Assembly (NCBI GenBank): GCA_031414775.1
Contig: JANOQI010000011.1
Coordinates: 30,188-94,187, forward strand
DNA from: Synechococcales cyanobacterium VAR_4_metabat_354
GTDB taxonomy: Bacteria; Cyanobacteriota; Cyanobacteriia; Cyanobacteriales; Chamaesiphonaceae
DNA: 64,000 nucleotides
Direction of reading: 5' to 3'
Every line of letters begins with the position of its first letter. Within the stretch, counting starts at the first letter, position 1. Position numbers and translations under genes: made by a program. The notes below the pieces were generated by a model. The model ran no database searches. It was not told the origin of the DNA and worked only from the letters and a program-made list of their open reading frames with translations. Below, one piece after another: positions 1-8,936 of this stretch.

Positions 1-204
1 CATATTGCTGAAGAGATTGCCGCACAAGGATATTTCATCACTAGCTCCGAACTGGCAGATTTAATGGATATCAATGCTAATGCTGTAACTAGTCGTGGTG
101 ATCATTGGGTGTGGCGCAATTGGATGGTCTGTCGAGCCAGAAGAGAAGGAAATCAGATTCTTTGGCAGCTAGAAAGAATCGATCGATCAAAAGAACTGGC
201 CTAA
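1..204 (+). CDS. 3' end of a hypothetical protein (partial, runs off the window start)
   Basis: Frame +1 is open from base 1 to TAA 202-204: HIAEEIAAQGYFITSSELADLMDINANAVTSRGDHWVWRNWMVCRARREGNQILWQLERIDRSKELA. It resembles a conserved cyanobacterial hypothetical protein. Confidence 0.75.
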   Translation, partial: HIAEEIAAQGYFITSSELADLMDINANAVTSRGDHWVWRNWMVCRARREGNQILWQLERIDRSKELA

Positions 205-339
205 ATCTTTATTTTTGCGGTCAGTAAAATCGCTGAAAGTATCAAATAGTGATAGAAGTTTTTTTATTCAGCTAGTAGGCCAAAGCTGAATAAGAGAGCT
301 AGTTTTAAGCATCAGCCATTTAATTTAACTCCAATAAAA

Positions 340-355
340 TGTATCGCATGATACA
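340..355. promoter_or_regulatory. NtcA binding site
   Basis: TGTATCGCATGATACA is an exact tGTA-N8-TACa consensus, about 90 bp upstream of an ammonium transporter, a classic NtcA target. Confidence 0.9.
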
Positions 356-441
356 GATTAGTAGGTGTCATCAATCACAAAATTGTTGCACTGTGATATA
401 AAACTTCTAATCTTTGTTCTTGGCGTGAGGGAATCAATGCA

Positions 442-1869
442 GTGCTGAAAAAAATACTTTTAATATCCTTAGTTTCTTTATGGTTCTTAAGTGGTCCGTT
501 GATGGGCAATGCCTGGGCTGCTGATGCACCCAAAGATCCGGTGGATACAGGAGATACGGCCTTTATGCTGGTAGCAGCAGCTTTAGTGTTACTGATGACT
601 CCGGGACTAGCCTTCTTTTATGGTGGATTGGTGCGCTCGCGCAATGTCCTTAACACCATGATGATGAGCCTATTACTGATGGGCTTGGTTGGTGTGACCT
701 GGGTGCTATTTGGCTATAGTCTAGCCTTTGATAATCCGATCGATCAAGCAGCCACAACCGCCGCCGGGATTGTGAAATTTGATCTCAAAGCGGTCAATCC
801 CTTCATTGGTGGACTAAGGTGGATGGGCTTAAATGGAGTCTCTGGCTCCGTACCAGTAGAATATGCAGGTACCATTCCTCACCAAGTATTTATGGTGTAC
901 CAGATGATGTTTGCGATCATCACCCCAGCGTTGATCTCTGGGGCGATCGTCGAACGGATGAGCTTCAAAGCTTACTTCTGGTTTGTATTAATCTGGTCTA
1001 CTGTAATCTATGCGCCTCTTGCTCACTGGGTATGGGGTAAAGGCTGGTTAGGCGCCATGGGTGCTTTAGACTTTGCCGGTGGTAACGTTGTGCACATCAG
1101 CTCAGGGGTGTCTGCGGTGGTAGCAGCTTGGGTAATTGGCCCGCGCAAAACCTTCCGTACCCAGCCAGCTGCTCCCCATAACGTCCCCTACGTGATGATC
1201 GGGATTGGTTTACTGTGGTTTGGTTGGTTTGGTTTTAATGGTGGTAGCGGCTTGAGTGCCAAAGGTGCAGTAATTCCTTTTGTCACCACCATGGTTGCCT
1301 CCGCAGCTGCTGGTTTAATGTGGTTGATTTTGGAATGGGTGTTACGCCAAAAGCCAACAGCAGTCGGTATTGCCAGTGGATTTTTGGCTGGCTTGGTCGG
1401 TATTACTCCCTGCGCTGGCTATGTCAGTCCGTTAGCAGCCATTTTAGTAGGATTAATTACATCCACTTGCTGTTTCTTTGCGGTGAGCTTACGAGCAAAA
1501 CTACAATTTGATGATTCCCTGGATGCTTTCCCCATACATGGTGTCGGTGGAACAGTCGGGGCGATTTTGACTGGGATATTTGCCTCTAAAGAGTTCTACC
1601 AAATTATGGGAGAGGATGGTAAAACCCCCATTGCCTTAGGCTTAGTAGATGGTAATGGTAAACAAATTGTCACCCAGTTAATTAGTATTGCTGCTACCTA
1701 TGCTTTTGCCGCTGTGGGGACATTTATTATTCTCAAGGGTTTGAGCTTGGTGATGCCGCTCCGCACCAAAGAAGAATCTGAATACCAAGGTTTGGATGTT
1801 AGTGAACATGGTGAAGAAGGCTATGGTGAAGAATTCGCATCAGGTTTAAGCTTTGCTGAAAGAGAATAG
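442..1869 (+). CDS. amt1: ammonium transporter (Amt family)
   Basis: GLAFFYGGLVR, DFAGGNVVHISSG, WFGWFGFNGGS and DDSLDAFPIHGVGG motifs; multi-TM protein. Confidence 0.97.
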   Translation: MLKKILLISLVSLWFLSGPLMGNAWAADAPKDPVDTGDTAFMLVAAALVLLMTPGLAFFYGGLVRSRNVLNTMMMSLLLMGLVGVTWVLFGYSLAFDNPIDQAATTAAGIVKFDLKAVNPFIGGLRWMGLNGVSGSVPVEYAGTIPHQVFMVYQMMFAIITPALISGAIVERMSFKAYFWFVLIWSTVIYAPLAHWVWGKGWLGAMGALDFAGGNVVHISSGVSAVVAAWVIGPRKTFRTQPAAPHNVPYVMIGIGLLWFGWFGFNGGSGLSAKGAVIPFVTTMVASAAAGLMWLILEWVLRQKPTAVGIASGFLAGLVGITPCAGYVSPLAAILVGLITSTCCFFAVSLRAKLQFDDSLDAFPIHGVGGTVGAILTGIFASKEFYQIMGEDGKTPIALGLVDGNGKQIVTQLISIAATYAFAAVGTFIILKGLSLVMPLRTKEESEYQGLDVSEHGEEGYGEEFASGLSFAERE

Positions 1870-1906
1870 ATTTCTAGATATCTAATCTGGATCTTTAAAT
1901 TGATCG

Positions 1907-1934
1907 ATCGCCAACTAAATGAGTTGGCGATTTT
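1907..1934 (+). terminator. probable intrinsic terminator of amt1
   Basis: ATCGCCAACT-AAATG-AGTTGGCGAT 10-bp stem followed by a short T run. Confidence 0.65.
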
Positions 1935-1978
1935 GATAGGAATCTCAGTCTGATGGAGCCGGTAAAGCGGCACTCATC

Positions 1979-2007
1979 TTGACAAATATGTAGTGCTTTT
2001 GTAGTAT
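1979..2007 (+). promoter_or_regulatory. sigma70-type promoter
   Basis: TTGACA-17 nt-TAGTAT upstream of the protease/TPR gene. Confidence 0.6.
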
Positions 2008-2136
2008 CATTATCCTAAATGTTTAGATAATGCTAAAATGTGTTTCGTTAAGTATGTGAATCAGGCAAAGTAGCTGTCACGAATGAAGCTCCGCTATGTT
2101 GGTTCTATTATTCTCAAAGACTATATTGTGATAAAG

Positions 2137-3846
2137 ATGAAAAATCACCTGTTGCCAACTACTCTCTTGGGTGCAACTGCCCTCGTTGGCTATGTCACAC
2201 CAGCAGCAGCTTTATCCCCAGTAGAAGTTCAGAGAATTGCTAAACAGCGTACCGTCCAGATCGAGGGATGTAACAAAGGCTCCGGCGTAATTATCCAAAA
2301 AAATGGTAATAATTACACTGTGCTGACGGCAGCCCATGTGGTCAGTGACAGTGGCTGCGAAGTCATAGCCCCAGACGATACTAGCTATCGGGTTACCAAG
2401 GTAAATATTTTCCCCAATCAAATCGATCTAGCCGTAGTTAACTTCACCAGTAATAAAAACTACCCAGTTGCTAAAACAATCCGCAATTCTGATCGGATCG
2501 AAGCAGGTGAAACTATTTATGTTTCTGGTTTTCCAGTCTCTACCGCTATTGCTAAATCCGTATTCGCCTTTGTCAAGGGAGATGTGGTCAGTAATGGTAC
2601 TAAGCAACAGGAAAAAGGCTACTCACTGATTTACAACAATAGTACTTTGCCCGGATACAGTGGCGGCCCAGTTTGGAGCGATCAGGGCGAATTGATCGCG
2701 ATCCACGGTCAAGGAGATATCGATACCAAATTACGAGATACGGTCAATGCCGATGTTCGGATTAAGACTGGATTCAATCTGGGGATTACCGTCAATACTT
2801 TTACCAAGCTTGCTTCTACAGCTGGAATCAATGGTTATGAGCCAGTGGCGATCGCGGCAAAACCCAAGCCGATCGATGATTTAATTGCTAGTGCCGTCCA
2901 AAAAGAACGCCAAGGTAACTATCGGGGTGTGTTAGTAGACATGGATCGAGCCATCACTCTGGATGCCAAGAATTCGCGACCTTACTACGGGCGGGGTCTA
3001 GCCAAGGCTCAGTTAGGAGATAACAAAGGAGCGATCGCAGACTATAACCGCGCTATTGCCCTCAATCCTAACTTTACTAACGCTTACCACAATCGTGGTT
3101 TTTCCAAGTCAGAGATCGGCGATGAAAAAGGAGCAATCAAAGACTACAACCGTGCGATCACGCTCAACCCGAATGATGACCAAGCCTACAATAATCGGGC
3201 TAGTGCTAAGTCGGAGGTCGGGGATAAAAAAGGAGCGATTAATGATTGGAATCGCGCCATCAACATCAATCCCAACTTTGCTTTTGCTTACCATAATCGA
3301 GCCATTGTGGAAGCGCGGCTAGGGAATTTAAAAAAAGCCCAAAATGATTGGAACCGCGCTCTTCAGATCAATCCTCAGTTAGCGCCAGCCTATAGAAACC
3401 GTGGCAATATCAAATCTTTATTTGGAGATGCCAGAGGAGCTATCCAAGACTACAATCGGGCTATTTTTCTCAACCCTAATGATGCTCAAGCTTTCTACAA
3501 CCGTGCTCATACCGAATCTGGGTTAGGCAATAAAAAGAAGGCAGTTGAAGACTATAACCGCGCGATCAACCTCTATCCCAACGATTTTCAATCGTACTAC
3601 AATCGGGGCATTACCAAATTTGAGTTAGGAAATCGTCAGGCCGCCATAGAAGACTACACCCGCGCCATCGCTATTAATCCAGGCTTTTCCTATGCCTACC
3701 ATAACCGTGGGACTGTCAAATCTGCTTTAGGCGACAAGGCCGGGGCACTCCTCGACTGGAGAAAAGCCGCCGAAATATTTAATCAACAAGGACAAGTAGC
3801 TAATTATCGCAAGTCGATGTCAGCGATCGAACGCCTGGGTTCCTAA
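2137..3846 (+). CDS. secreted trypsin-like serine protease with C-terminal TPR repeats
   Basis: Signal peptide from ATG 2137; catalytic triad motifs LTAAHVV, DLAVV and GYSGGP; about 8-9 TPR units (AYxNRG...DYNRAI). Confidence 0.9.
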   Translation: MKNHLLPTTLLGATALVGYVTPAAALSPVEVQRIAKQRTVQIEGCNKGSGVIIQKNGNNYTVLTAAHVVSDSGCEVIAPDDTSYRVTKVNIFPNQIDLAVVNFTSNKNYPVAKTIRNSDRIEAGETIYVSGFPVSTAIAKSVFAFVKGDVVSNGTKQQEKGYSLIYNNSTLPGYSGGPVWSDQGELIAIHGQGDIDTKLRDTVNADVRIKTGFNLGITVNTFTKLASTAGINGYEPVAIAAKPKPIDDLIASAVQKERQGNYRGVLVDMDRAITLDAKNSRPYYGRGLAKAQLGDNKGAIADYNRAIALNPNFTNAYHNRGFSKSEIGDEKGAIKDYNRAITLNPNDDQAYNNRASAKSEVGDKKGAINDWNRAININPNFAFAYHNRAIVEARLGNLKKAQNDWNRALQINPQLAPAYRNRGNIKSLFGDARGAIQDYNRAIFLNPNDAQAFYNRAHTESGLGNKKKAVEDYNRAINLYPNDFQSYYNRGITKFELGNRQAAIEDYTRAIAINPGFSYAYHNRGTVKSALGDKAGALLDWRKAAEIFNQQGQVANYRKSMSAIERLGS

Positions 3847-3910
3847 CCAAAAGATTTTTTTGACTGCTATCTCAACCGTTCAAACGCCCTCTAAGTAGGG
3901 TAAGGAGCTA

Positions 3911-3938
3911 TTGCCACCACCATTAAATTTGTTATGAT
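3911..3938 (+). promoter_or_regulatory. sigma70-type promoter with extended -10 for the small basic ORF
   Basis: TTGCCA (3911-3916), 16 nt, TATGAT (3933-3938), preceded by TG at 3930-3931. Confidence 0.65.
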
Positions 3939-3973
3939 CAGCAACAGTAGTTCATAAACTCAACCCAAGAACA

Positions 3974-4183
3974 ATGGCTAGAATGCTTAAGCGCTGGGAG
4001 TCACCGCGCAAAGAAGGTCGCAACGACAAAGGCAAAGGCGGCTCCGCCCGTCAACGACAGGTTAAAAAACAAATGAAAATGCTAAGGAAACGCCTGAAAG
4101 ACCAAGGCCAATCCAGTAATCAGGGCAACAGCCCCCAGGGAGAGTTCTACACTCTCCCTTTTTTTTTGGACAATTTGCTGTAG
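3974..4183 (+). CDS. small basic protein, candidate ArfA/BrfA-like alternative ribosome-rescue factor
   Basis: 69 aa; 17 Lys/Arg in the first 42 residues; DKGKGGS motif; hydrophobic tail FYTLPFFLDNLL; own promoter; terminator inside the CDS. The coding call is fairly secure; the function is inferred. Confidence 0.7.
   Translation: MARMLKRWESPRKEGRNDKGKGGSARQRQVKKQMKMLRKRLKDQGQSSNQGNSPQGEFYTLPFFLDNLL
4137..4167 (+). terminator. intrinsic terminator lying inside ORF 3974-4183, upstream of its stop codon
   Basis: AGGGAGAGT-TCTAC-ACTCTCCCT perfect 9-bp stem followed by 8 more T (4160-4167); the stop TAG is at 4181-4183. Confidence 0.88.
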
Positions 4184-4221
4184 ATTAAGAATTATGCGCT
4201 TGCATCCCCCACTAAAAAATT

Positions 4222-5490
4222 ATGGCTCAATGGGATTTACGCAGCCTCTGGCAAACCTTGGTCTACTTTGAGGCCGTGCCGCTGCTCAAACAACTTCACC
4301 AGCTACAAGGACGAGCAATAGCCCCTAACCATAATTTTATGAATCAAGCAATTTTGGTAATTGGTGGGGTCGATCATCTCAGTCAACGAGTCGTTAAACA
4401 GCTGTGGCAAAAAGGCTATCATCCCTGTCTATTGGTACCTGCCGCTGAGCTATCGATCGCTCACCAACTTTTCCCTCAAGGCGTAGAAATTGTCGGCGGT
4501 GCTCTGAGCAGTATCCCCACAACTGTCTGGCAGCAAGTGAGAGCGGTCATCTATTGCCCCGCAAGTGTTAACCAACCAGAACTGGATGCCCTAGTCCAAC
4601 TTACCAATCAGCATTTGCCTACCAGTAGCGATTTAGAACTTTTTGACTTCACCACAGCACAGACACCAGTGGCTCAAACTTGGGGGGCGGTGGATGATGT
4701 GGTAATGGGTGGGGTTAGTGCCAGTGGTCTGCAAAGTTCGACTAACTGTGCGCTGTTCACCGGCAATATCTCTACTGAAAACTCCGGCGGTTTTGCCTCG
4801 ATTCGGACTCGTAACTTTGAGCCAGCTCTAGATTTGAGCAACTATCAAGGGATTTCTTTACGGGTACGCGGTGATGGTAAACGCTACAAATTATTTTTAC
4901 GCCCCAGCGAGCAGTGGGATGGTTTGGGCTATGCCTATTCCTTTGACACTAACAGCAGTATGGGCAACATCACCAATTTGCGAATTCCCTTTAGCAATTT
5001 AGTGCCTGTGATGCGAGCTAAGACGGTGCCCGATGCTCCTCCGATCGATCCCAGTAAAATTTCGGCTCTCCAAATCATGCTCAGCAAGTTTGAGTATGAT
5101 GGCAACCTCAATCCCAATTTTCGAGCCGGTGATTTTGCCTTGGAATTATTCTCGATCGGAGCTTATGGCGATCGGATTCTGCCCCAACTGATTGTGGTAG
5201 CTCCCTTGACCACCACCACTGGCAACGTTACTCAGCCTCTGGCTGGTAGCTTTAAGCCTTACACCACTTTGCAAATGGGTGTAGTAGTAGACCGCCCTGG
5301 TGGTCAGAATTTAGAGTTTGACTTACAAAAACTATCCAATGGCTCAGTGAGCAGTGAAGATCTGGCCGAACTTTGCGTGCAGTTACTCAATATTCCCACC
5401 GCCTGCAATCAAACTATTAATGTTCAAGAAATTGGCCAGAGAGGGGTTAATACTTGGTCGAACCTGGTAGAAAAAGCTGTCCAATCCTAA
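4222..5490 (+). CDS. CIA30 (complex I intermediate-associated protein 30) domain protein with a degenerate NAD(P)-binding fold
   Basis: WGAVDDVVMGGVS, STENSGGFASIRTRN and LRVRGDGKRYK motifs. Confidence 0.88.
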   Translation: MAQWDLRSLWQTLVYFEAVPLLKQLHQLQGRAIAPNHNFMNQAILVIGGVDHLSQRVVKQLWQKGYHPCLLVPAAELSIAHQLFPQGVEIVGGALSSIPTTVWQQVRAVIYCPASVNQPELDALVQLTNQHLPTSSDLELFDFTTAQTPVAQTWGAVDDVVMGGVSASGLQSSTNCALFTGNISTENSGGFASIRTRNFEPALDLSNYQGISLRVRGDGKRYKLFLRPSEQWDGLGYAYSFDTNSSMGNITNLRIPFSNLVPVMRAKTVPDAPPIDPSKISALQIMLSKFEYDGNLNPNFRAGDFALELFSIGAYGDRILPQLIVVAPLTTTTGNVTQPLAGSFKPYTTLQMGVVVDRPGGQNLEFDLQKLSNGSVSSEDLAELCVQLLNIPTACNQTINVQEIGQRGVNTWSNLVEKAVQS

Positions 5491-5496
5491 AAGACT

Positions 5497-5949
5497 ATGG
5501 CCAAGCAGGTTTTGGAACAATCTATCCAAATTAACGCCAGCGCCGTGATGGTCGATCGATGTATCACGGCACTAGATTTGCAACGACGGTGGCGGAATGG
5601 TAGCTGTGAAGCAATTGGCGAATGGAGCGTGGCGGTGGGTAGCTATAGCCGTTTAATAATAAAAATGCCTTTGTTTCAATTCAGTTTAAGTAGAATTGTA
5701 GTGATCAGAGAACCGGGACTAGTGGTATGGGGATTTAACGGATTGCTGACTGGACGAGATCGGTGGGAATGTCGCCCCAATGAACGCGGCACGCTGGTAG
5801 TGAATCGCTGGGAAATACAAGCTAGTAATGCGATCGGCTGGGGCTGGCAGCGCTTCAACCGTAAATGGACAACTGATGAGATGGCGGCGCAGTTAGTGCG
5901 CTTGAAATATGTGGCGGAAGAGCTGCACTATCTATCGGGGTTCCAATAA
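5497..5949 (+). CDS. SRPBCC/polyketide-cyclase-like protein
   Basis: EQSIQINASA...VDRCIT, REPGLVVWGF and GRDRWEC pattern of the cyanobacterial SRPBCC family. Confidence 0.7.
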   Translation: MAKQVLEQSIQINASAVMVDRCITALDLQRRWRNGSCEAIGEWSVAVGSYSRLIIKMPLFQFSLSRIVVIREPGLVVWGFNGLLTGRDRWECRPNERGTLVVNRWEIQASNAIGWGWQRFNRKWTTDEMAAQLVRLKYVAEELHYLSGFQ

Positions 5950-5950
5950 A

Positions 5951-6023
5951 CATATTAAGAGCAATTGACTGATCTTATTCACAGAAGTGATACAATTAAG
6001 ATCAGTCAATTGCTCTTAATATG
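5951..6023. repeat. perfect 27-bp inverted repeat with a 19-nt spacer
   Basis: CATATTAAGAGCAATTGACTGATCTTA (5951-5977) and its exact reverse complement (5997-6023). Confidence 0.97.
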
Positions 6024-6025
6024 AT

Positions 6026-7492
6026 ATGTTCCAAATATCTGAAAAAGAAATTAAAGCCAGATTGCAGTTTGACAATCCGTGGTGGGAAGACAGTCAGATT
6101 GACCCCCGCTTTGATCAAATGCGCCATCGTCATTACTTTGAGAGCTTCTTTGAATTGGTGAGTGATCGATCGATTAACCGCGCCATTGTCCTGATGGGAC
6201 CAAGAAGAGTCGGTAAAACAGTGATGATCTACCACGCTGTAAAAAAGTTGATCGGTCAAGGGATCGCACCGCACCACATTTTGTATTTATCTCTAGAAAC
6301 TCCGCTCTACACTGATTTACGTCTTGATCAGTTACTCACATTTTTTAGTGAGCTACACGAACACAATCGTCAAAGTAATCTCATAGTTTTTTTCGACGAG
6401 GTACAATATCTCAAAAATTGGGAAGTACACTTGAAATCTTTAGTGGATTCTTATCCCCAGTATCGATTTGTAGTAACAGGTTCGGCGGCGGCAGCGCTAC
6501 GACTCAAAAGTCAGGAATCAGGCGCTGGCAGATTTTCTGATTTTTTACTGCCGCCATTGACCTTTGCTGAATATTTAAGCTTTATCGATCGAGAAGACGA
6601 ACTGATCATTCAGCACAACGATCAATACGTTGCTACTAATATTACAGAATTAAATCAAGAATTCATCAACTATCTAAATTTTGGGGGGTATCCCGAAGCG
6701 GTATTATCGCCGACTGTTCAAGGCAGCAGTTCCAGGTTTATTAAAAGTGACATCATCGACAAAGTACTACTGCGCGATCTGCCCAGTTTATATGGAATTA
6801 GTGACATTCAAGAACTCAATCGCTTATTTACAACCTTGGCTTACAACACCGGTAATGAAGTCAGTTTAGATAATTTATCTAAATCTTCTGGGGTAGGGAA
6901 GACCACTTTAAAGCGATATATCGAGTATTTAGAAGCAGCTTTTTTGGTGCGTCGCATTTATCGCATCGATGATTCCGCTAAACGGTTCCAACGGGCGACT
7001 TCCTTCAAAGTATATTTGACCAACCCTTCTATGAGAGCCGCTCTTTTTGGCTATGTGGACGAAAACAGCCCAGCAACTGGAGCCTTGGCTGAAACGGCAA
7101 TTTTTAGTCAGTGGTTCCATAGCGCCGATATTAGTCAACTACATTATGCCCGCTGGAAAAGCGGCGAGGTAGACTTAGTAGCCTTGGATAAGCTCGATCA
7201 AAAACCTTGGTGGTGTGTAGAAATCAAATGGTCAGATCGAGTCGTTCAAGATCATCAAGAAATTGCTGGACTAATTAAGTTTGCTAAAGACCATCACTTT
7301 TCCGAACCCCAGTTGGTTACGACCAAAACCATCACTCATCAATTTCCAGTCCAGGGAATTGAAATTAGGTTTAAGCCCAGTGCGGAGCAAGTCTATACTT
7401 TAGGGAAAAATATTGTGCTTAGTTTACAGAAAAATCATCAAGAATTAACCGGATCTCATCAAGGGATGGATTTGGTCAGGAATGATTTTTAA
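6026..7492 (+). CDS. AAA+ ATPase (AAA_14/DUF4143-type) with a C-terminal PD-(D/E)xK-like motif
   Basis: Walker A GPRRVGKT, Walker B VFFDEVQ, VTGS, GGYPE, and EVDLV...VEIKW near the C-terminus. Confidence 0.85.
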   Translation: MFQISEKEIKARLQFDNPWWEDSQIDPRFDQMRHRHYFESFFELVSDRSINRAIVLMGPRRVGKTVMIYHAVKKLIGQGIAPHHILYLSLETPLYTDLRLDQLLTFFSELHEHNRQSNLIVFFDEVQYLKNWEVHLKSLVDSYPQYRFVVTGSAAAALRLKSQESGAGRFSDFLLPPLTFAEYLSFIDREDELIIQHNDQYVATNITELNQEFINYLNFGGYPEAVLSPTVQGSSSRFIKSDIIDKVLLRDLPSLYGISDIQELNRLFTTLAYNTGNEVSLDNLSKSSGVGKTTLKRYIEYLEAAFLVRRIYRIDDSAKRFQRATSFKVYLTNPSMRAALFGYVDENSPATGALAETAIFSQWFHSADISQLHYARWKSGEVDLVALDKLDQKPWWCVEIKWSDRVVQDHQEIAGLIKFAKDHHFSEPQLVTTKTITHQFPVQGIEIRFKPSAEQVYTLGKNIVLSLQKNHQELTGSHQGMDLVRNDF

Positions 7493-7568
7493 AAAATCTG
7501 GCCAGAATATACAATACGGTGATGACAATGGCATAATTAAACTAGTTTTTAATATCCACCGTCTGCTG

Positions 7569-8936
7569 ATGCTAGAATTGTTTGCCTCTGGTTTAGCTAA
7601 TAGCTGGCTGAATAACACTCAGATTTTGTCGGCACCCTACGACCCCGTGCCGTTAGTTAGCACTTGGCAAGGTCTACCCTTACTGAACCCGCCACAAGCC
7701 ATCGAACAGCCGGTCAAAAAGTCGATCGAACAATACTTGCAAACCCTCCAAACCATGGGCTTAGATCCCCAAAAGCAGGGAATTTGGCTGCAAACAGACA
7801 GTGTAGGTCTGGTTAATTATCAAGCCCAAATGCCCCTACCAGCAGCTTCTTTGACCAAATCGGCTACCACTCTCGCCGCCCTCAAAACTTGGGGCATCAA
7901 TAAGCGTTTCGATACCAACATTGGTATTACTGGACAAGTGCAGCAGGGGATCTTAGATGGCGATCTAGTAATTCAGGGTGCTGGCGACCCGCTGTTTGTC
8001 TCCGAGGACGCACGGGCTCTAGGCGTTGCCCTCCATCAAATGGGGATTCAGCAGGTCAATGGCAACTTGGTAATAGTTGGCAACTTTGTCATGAACTACC
8101 AAAGAGATTCTAAAAAATCGGGAGAGCTGCTCAAACAATTTTTGGGCGGCACCTCAACACCCCAGAAAACAGCTAGAAAACAGCTGGAAAAAGTGGCGGC
8201 TGTTCCAGAGAAATTCCCGGTCAAAATTGTTGGCCAAGTTGTAGTCACCGATCAACTGCCACCCCAAGCTGGAGCTATTATTCGCCACCAATCCCTGCCC
8301 CTCTTAGATATCCTGCGGGAAATGAATATTTATAGTAACAATGACATCGCTCAAATGTTAGCAGATGGAGTCGGTGGACATGATGTAATTATGCAAATTG
8401 CGACTACCAACGCGGGCTTTACTGCCGCCGAAATCCAGTTAATTAACGGTTCTGGCCTGGGAATGGAAAATCAGATTGCCCCTTATGCGGCCAGTCAAAT
8501 TTTTCGGGCGATTCATGGCTTAGTCCAACCCCAAGGATTAACCATTGCTGATTTATTTCCATCCTCCGGTCTGGATACGAGAGGAAGTATGATCGATCGA
8601 CATCTACCGGTAGGAACCACCGTTAAAACTGGTACCTTAAATGAAGTTAGTGCTCTAACCGGAGCATTACCAACTCGCGATCGAGGGTTAGTGTGGTTTA
8701 CAATTATCAATCGAGGCGCAAAAATTGTCGAGCTGCGCCAGCAACAAGACAAATTGCTTCAAACCCTCTTCAGCTATTGGGGCAAAACCACTACTGTACC
8801 GGGGGGTATTCAACGACAAAACACCATTCCAGCCTATTTGGGAGATCCGCAACGCAATGAGATTTTGGTGAAGTTGCCATCGATCGGTAACTTTTTGCCC
8901 GACCGCAAAATTCAGCCCAGGGTATCTGAACCATGA
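7569..8936 (+). CDS. dacB: D-alanyl-D-alanine carboxypeptidase/endopeptidase (PBP4, peptidase S13)
   Basis: SxxK (ASLTK), SxN (YSNN) and KTG (KTGTL) motifs, plus GAGDP and NGSGL. Confidence 0.88.
   Translation: MLELFASGLANSWLNNTQILSAPYDPVPLVSTWQGLPLLNPPQAIEQPVKKSIEQYLQTLQTMGLDPQKQGIWLQTDSVGLVNYQAQMPLPAASLTKSATTLAALKTWGINKRFDTNIGITGQVQQGILDGDLVIQGAGDPLFVSEDARALGVALHQMGIQQVNGNLVIVGNFVMNYQRDSKKSGELLKQFLGGTSTPQKTARKQLEKVAAVPEKFPVKIVGQVVVTDQLPPQAGAIIRHQSLPLLDILREMNIYSNNDIAQMLADGVGGHDVIMQIATTNAGFTAAEIQLINGSGLGMENQIAPYAASQIFRAIHGLVQPQGLTIADLFPSSGLDTRGSMIDRHLPVGTTVKTGTLNEVSALTGALPTRDRGLVWFTIINRGAKIVELRQQQDKLLQTLFSYWGKTTTVPGGIQRQNTIPAYLGDPQRNEILVKLPSIGNFLPDRKIQPRVSEP

Noticed and set aside
264..293. 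10-bp inverted repeat TTATTCAGCT...AGCTGAATAA as a terminator
   Set aside because: No U tract follows on either strand; the function is unclear, so it is not called.
2880..3800. Periodic ~102-bp nucleotide similarity as a CRISPR array or tandem repeat element (also 48200-49120)
   Set aside because: It is the 34-aa TPR periodicity inside coding sequence. No CRISPR array or cas gene was seen anywhere in the window.
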